Part shown: one piece after another, positions 61,371 through 64,000 of the stretch
Numbering within the stretch: the stretch's first letter is position 1
Layout: every line of letters starts with the position of its first letter
Source: Promethearchaeota archaeon
GTDB lineage: Archaea; Asgardarchaeota; Lokiarchaeia; Sigyniarchaeales; SOKP01
DNA: 64,000 nucleotides
Assembly: GCA_019058445.1 (NCBI GenBank)
Contig: JAHPZA010000005.1
Coordinates: forward strand, 32,001-96,000
Direction of reading: 5' to 3'
Translations under genes and position numbers: made by a program
The notes under the pieces: model-generated
Databases searched by the model: none
Told to the model about the DNA's origin: nothing
What the model saw: the letters and a program-made list of their open reading frames with translations, nothing else

Positions 61371-61985
61371 ATGGTATTAATAGAACCAGAATTTGAAATT
61401 GATGAAAAAAATAGAGTTATTTGCAAATCCCATACTGATTATCTTAAATTCATAAATCCTTCTAAAGATTATTTCGAGGATATCTATTTGGATAAAATAA
61501 TGACTTGTTTAACCTGTTCTCATTATACATATAATGAATGTTATTTTACTAAACCAAGAATCGAAGAAATTGAAGTTAACCGTCAAAAAAGAACAGAATT
61601 TAGATGTCAGTTATGTATTCATAAAATCGAAAGAATATTCACGATTATTTATAAGCTCTATAATAAAGAAAGGTATGGAGTTGAAATTCCTTTAATATGC
61701 TGTAATTGTTATGATAAAATTAACACAAATCAATTCTTATCCGAATCAAAAAATTTAAGAATCCTTTACCTTTTTGTTATACTCACTTCAATCTTTACTC
61801 TTTTATACTTTAACTTTTTATTATTTCTATTAAAACTAAACTCAGTTACAAAGATTTTTTTATTTGCTCCTTTTTGTATTTTTATATTATTGATCATACT
61901 TAAATTATTAATTATATTAAAGAGAAACATTTATGGGGCTAAATATTTTAAAAAAAATTTTATGCGACAGGAAGCGACTGAATGA
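61371..61985 (+). CDS. Hypothetical Cys/His-rich protein with two C-terminal TM helices
   Basis: CKSH, CLTCSHY..C, CQLC and CCNC, then two hydrophobic segments. Confidence 0.72.
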   Translation: MVLIEPEFEIDEKNRVICKSHTDYLKFINPSKDYFEDIYLDKIMTCLTCSHYTYNECYFTKPRIEEIEVNRQKRTEFRCQLCIHKIERIFTIIYKLYNKERYGVEIPLICCNCYDKINTNQFLSESKNLRILYLFVILTSIFTLLYFNFLLFLLKLNSVTKIFLFAPFCIFILLIILKLLIILKRNIYGAKYFKKNFMRQEATE

Positions 61986-61993
61986 AATAAATT

Positions 61994-63103
61994 CTAACCT
62001 AGCTTTCCAGCCCAACCTCTAACCAATTTTCTCATCTTCTCTTGCTGCGATATAACCCCATCTAATTCATTTTTAGTTTTATTCTTTAAATTGATAAGCT
62101 CAGGCACAAAGTTATAATTTATGAAATAATCTTTGCAACGTTTCGAAATAATTCCATCTTTGATATTCTTTGGATTATTTTGAAACGTAGGATATTCTGC
62201 CTCCCAGATTTTTAAGAACTCTTCAAGATTATTTTTTGCTTCAAAAACCGGCAACACTCCTAAATTATTTGGAGTGGTCACGGCGATATTAGCTCGTTCA
62301 ATTGTGAACCGATTTCCATTAAATGATACTGAAATAGCATTTTCATCCTTTAGTCTCTGTAACATGTTAATATCAGTTATAGAGTCTCCTAATGCTGTCA
62401 TAGAAGATATGTCGACTCCAGTTCTTTTTGAGATTTCTTCTACTGCAAGCTCTTTTCTTTTCCCTCCTCGAACTTGGACGTGGTTCATGATTTTAATATA
62501 ATCAGATTCTTTTCCTTTCCAAAAGAAGGTATCTAAATCTGCAATAACAGATTCGAGTTGCTTATCATTATCAAGATACTTCTGGAAAATATCTCTTACT
62601 AATATATTAACTGATTCCTCAATATCTGAAACTTCGCTTTTTAATTCTTTTACATGAAGATCAGTGCAATACACATGATCCTTAGGGATGTTTAAAGCGG
62701 CAGTTACATTATGAGCAAATTGCGTATAACTTGTAGAAATAACATATATATCCCATTCTTCATGGAGGGTTTTCATTAATTCTCTACAACCCGGTAATAG
62801 TCCAAGGTTTTTCTTGGCAAGATTGTTTAGTTCTTCATCTGAAAAACAAGCTACATATAACGGTGCCATAATTCTTAAGGTATCTCCTGGTTGGTATTCG
62901 GGGATTCCTAATTTTTCTTTCACTCCTGGAATATCAATAATATAGTCGTCATAATTTGAAATCATGAAAAAAAATTCGCCCATATCATACTTTTGCAGGT
63001 TTAATTCAGGCTTTTTGCTTAATAATCTGCCGATTTCAGCTGCAAAATCTATTACTGATATCGGACCTTCCAGATCAAATAAACAAATGTTTTCTTTTTT
63101 CAT
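61994..63103 (-). CDS. HAD-superfamily hydrolase, EhaR-like
   Basis: FDLEGP, ISTSY..F, GDSITD..ML and SFNGN match the archaeal EhaR-like HAD family. Confidence 0.78.
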   Translation of the reverse strand: MKKENICLFDLEGPISVIDFAAEIGRLLSKKPELNLQKYDMGEFFFMISNYDDYIIDIPGVKEKLGIPEYQPGDTLRIMAPLYVACFSDEELNNLAKKNLGLLPGCRELMKTLHEEWDIYVISTSYTQFAHNVTAALNIPKDHVYCTDLHVKELKSEVSDIEESVNILVRDIFQKYLDNDKQLESVIADLDTFFWKGKESDYIKIMNHVQVRGGKRKELAVEEISKRTGVDISSMTALGDSITDINMLQRLKDENAISVSFNGNRFTIERANIAVTTPNNLGVLPVFEAKNNLEEFLKIWEAEYPTFQNNPKNIKDGIISKRCKDYFINYNFVPELINLKNKTKNELDGVISQQEKMRKLVRGWAGKLG

Positions 63104-63374
63104 ATAACTGTAAAAGTATCTTTTTTAGTAGAATGATGCAAAAAATTTTAAAAAAGATTTCTATTAAAGTAGAAATAAAACTCAAGTTAAAACACATTCT
63201 GAGAAATAGGTCTTATTTTATTTAGAAAGTTTATTAAATTTTATTTCAGAGAAGGTTTTAAATTCTATATTATGAGCTTATTTATTAATTGTGTATTTAT
63301 ATTGTATCACATTTTTAATAATTATTAATAGAAAAGAAAAAAAATTTAATCAAAAATAAAAAAGAGAATTTATT

Positions 63375-64000
63375 ATGAGTGAATCATTCGGAGATAAAGC
63401 GGGTGAACGCTTAGAAGTTCCTTCAAGAAGCTCAAAAAAAATGGTGCTTTTTCAGTTACACATCATCATCGGAGGTATCCTTTATGCAATGTGGAATCGT
63501 ATTCAATTTTTTGCGGTCTCATTACTTCTTATCCCCCAATTCACGATCGTGTTAATTTATTTAGTCTATTCGATTGTTGATGGTTCAAATGATCCAATAA
63601 TAGGATATCTCAATGATCGTTCAAAGAGATTTACGAAACAATACGGTAAACGATTTCCATGGATCATGTTCGGGACGGTTGCCGCTCCGATTTTTTTAGT
63701 ATTATGCTTTATACCTGTTATTGCAATACACGTTGATTCTAGAGGGAATGTGACGAATCCAGAAGCAGTGACTTTTGCCGCTCTTTGGTTAATTCTTTTA
63801 ATGTGTGTATACGAATCATTTCGAACTCTTGCAGAAGTGAACACCAATGCTTTAATTCCTGATATGTATCGAGGGGATGAGCAGAGAAGAAAGTTGGGTT
63901 ATATAGGACAAATTATTGGTATAGTAAGCAGTCTGTTATCAGCCATTCTGATTCCTTTATTATTAGTGAGTTATGGCGGGGTAACCTCAATACAAGCCTA
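63375..64000 (+). CDS. MFS transporter, GPH/MelB family (partial, runs off the window end)
   Basis: Not in the ORF track. ATG at 63375 gives MSESFGDKAGERLEV...VDGSNDPIIGYLNDRSKRFTKQYGKRFPWI. Confidence 0.85.
   Translation, partial: MSESFGDKAGERLEVPSRSSKKMVLFQLHIIIGGILYAMWNRIQFFAVSLLLIPQFTIVLIYLVYSIVDGSNDPIIGYLNDRSKRFTKQYGKRFPWIMFGTVAAPIFLVLCFIPVIAIHVDSRGNVTNPEAVTFAALWLILLMCVYESFRTLAEVNTNALIPDMYRGDEQRRKLGYIGQIIGIVSSLLSAILIPLLLVSYGGVTSIQA

Noticed and set aside
34098-62501. Numerous short overlapping ORFs inside long genes (e.g. 34098-34316, 38335-38577, 41552-41998, 49991-50341, 51617-52009, 57984-58202, 62274-62501)
   Set aside because: They lie almost wholly within well-supported genes on the opposite strand or in another frame and have no recognisable motifs.
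63566-63847. Minus-strand 93-aa ORF
   Set aside because: Antisense to the partial GPH transporter starting at 63375.

Overview
AT-rich (about 30% GC by eye), gene-dense archaeal chromosome segment whose gene content points to Asgard archaea, probably Lokiarchaeia (inference). The evidence is an actin-family protein, giant cytoplasmic multi-PAS sensors, a corrinoid protein with URO-D-type methyltransferases, tungsten AOR, an SCP2 protein, an EhaR-like HAD and several glycoside hydrolases. I saw no rRNA, tRNA, CRISPR or transposase. The most striking locus is 28734-31775: a tandemly duplicated palindromic 27-bp upstream element, then a gene for a coiled-coil / Pro-Gly-rich (7x GGGPPKAPS) / C-terminal amphipathic helix protein resembling WH2- or Ena/VASP-type actin regulators, then a divergent actin-related protein with substituted catalytic residues, then two tandem winged-helix paralogues. 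This is a candidate archaeal nucleation-promoting-factor plus ARP module. Other candidates: a type IA topoisomerase with TOP3B-like motifs and C-terminal Zn domain, a multi-pass membrane protein with a C4C4 RING-like tail, four PAS-array sensors (about 36 PAS domains; one gene is missing from the ORF track and one probably starts at ATT) with no response regulator in the window, a split MgtE/SLC41 transporter and a stand-alone SET protein. All family assignments are by eye from motifs. Comparisons with eukaryotic sequences are from memory and no search was run.
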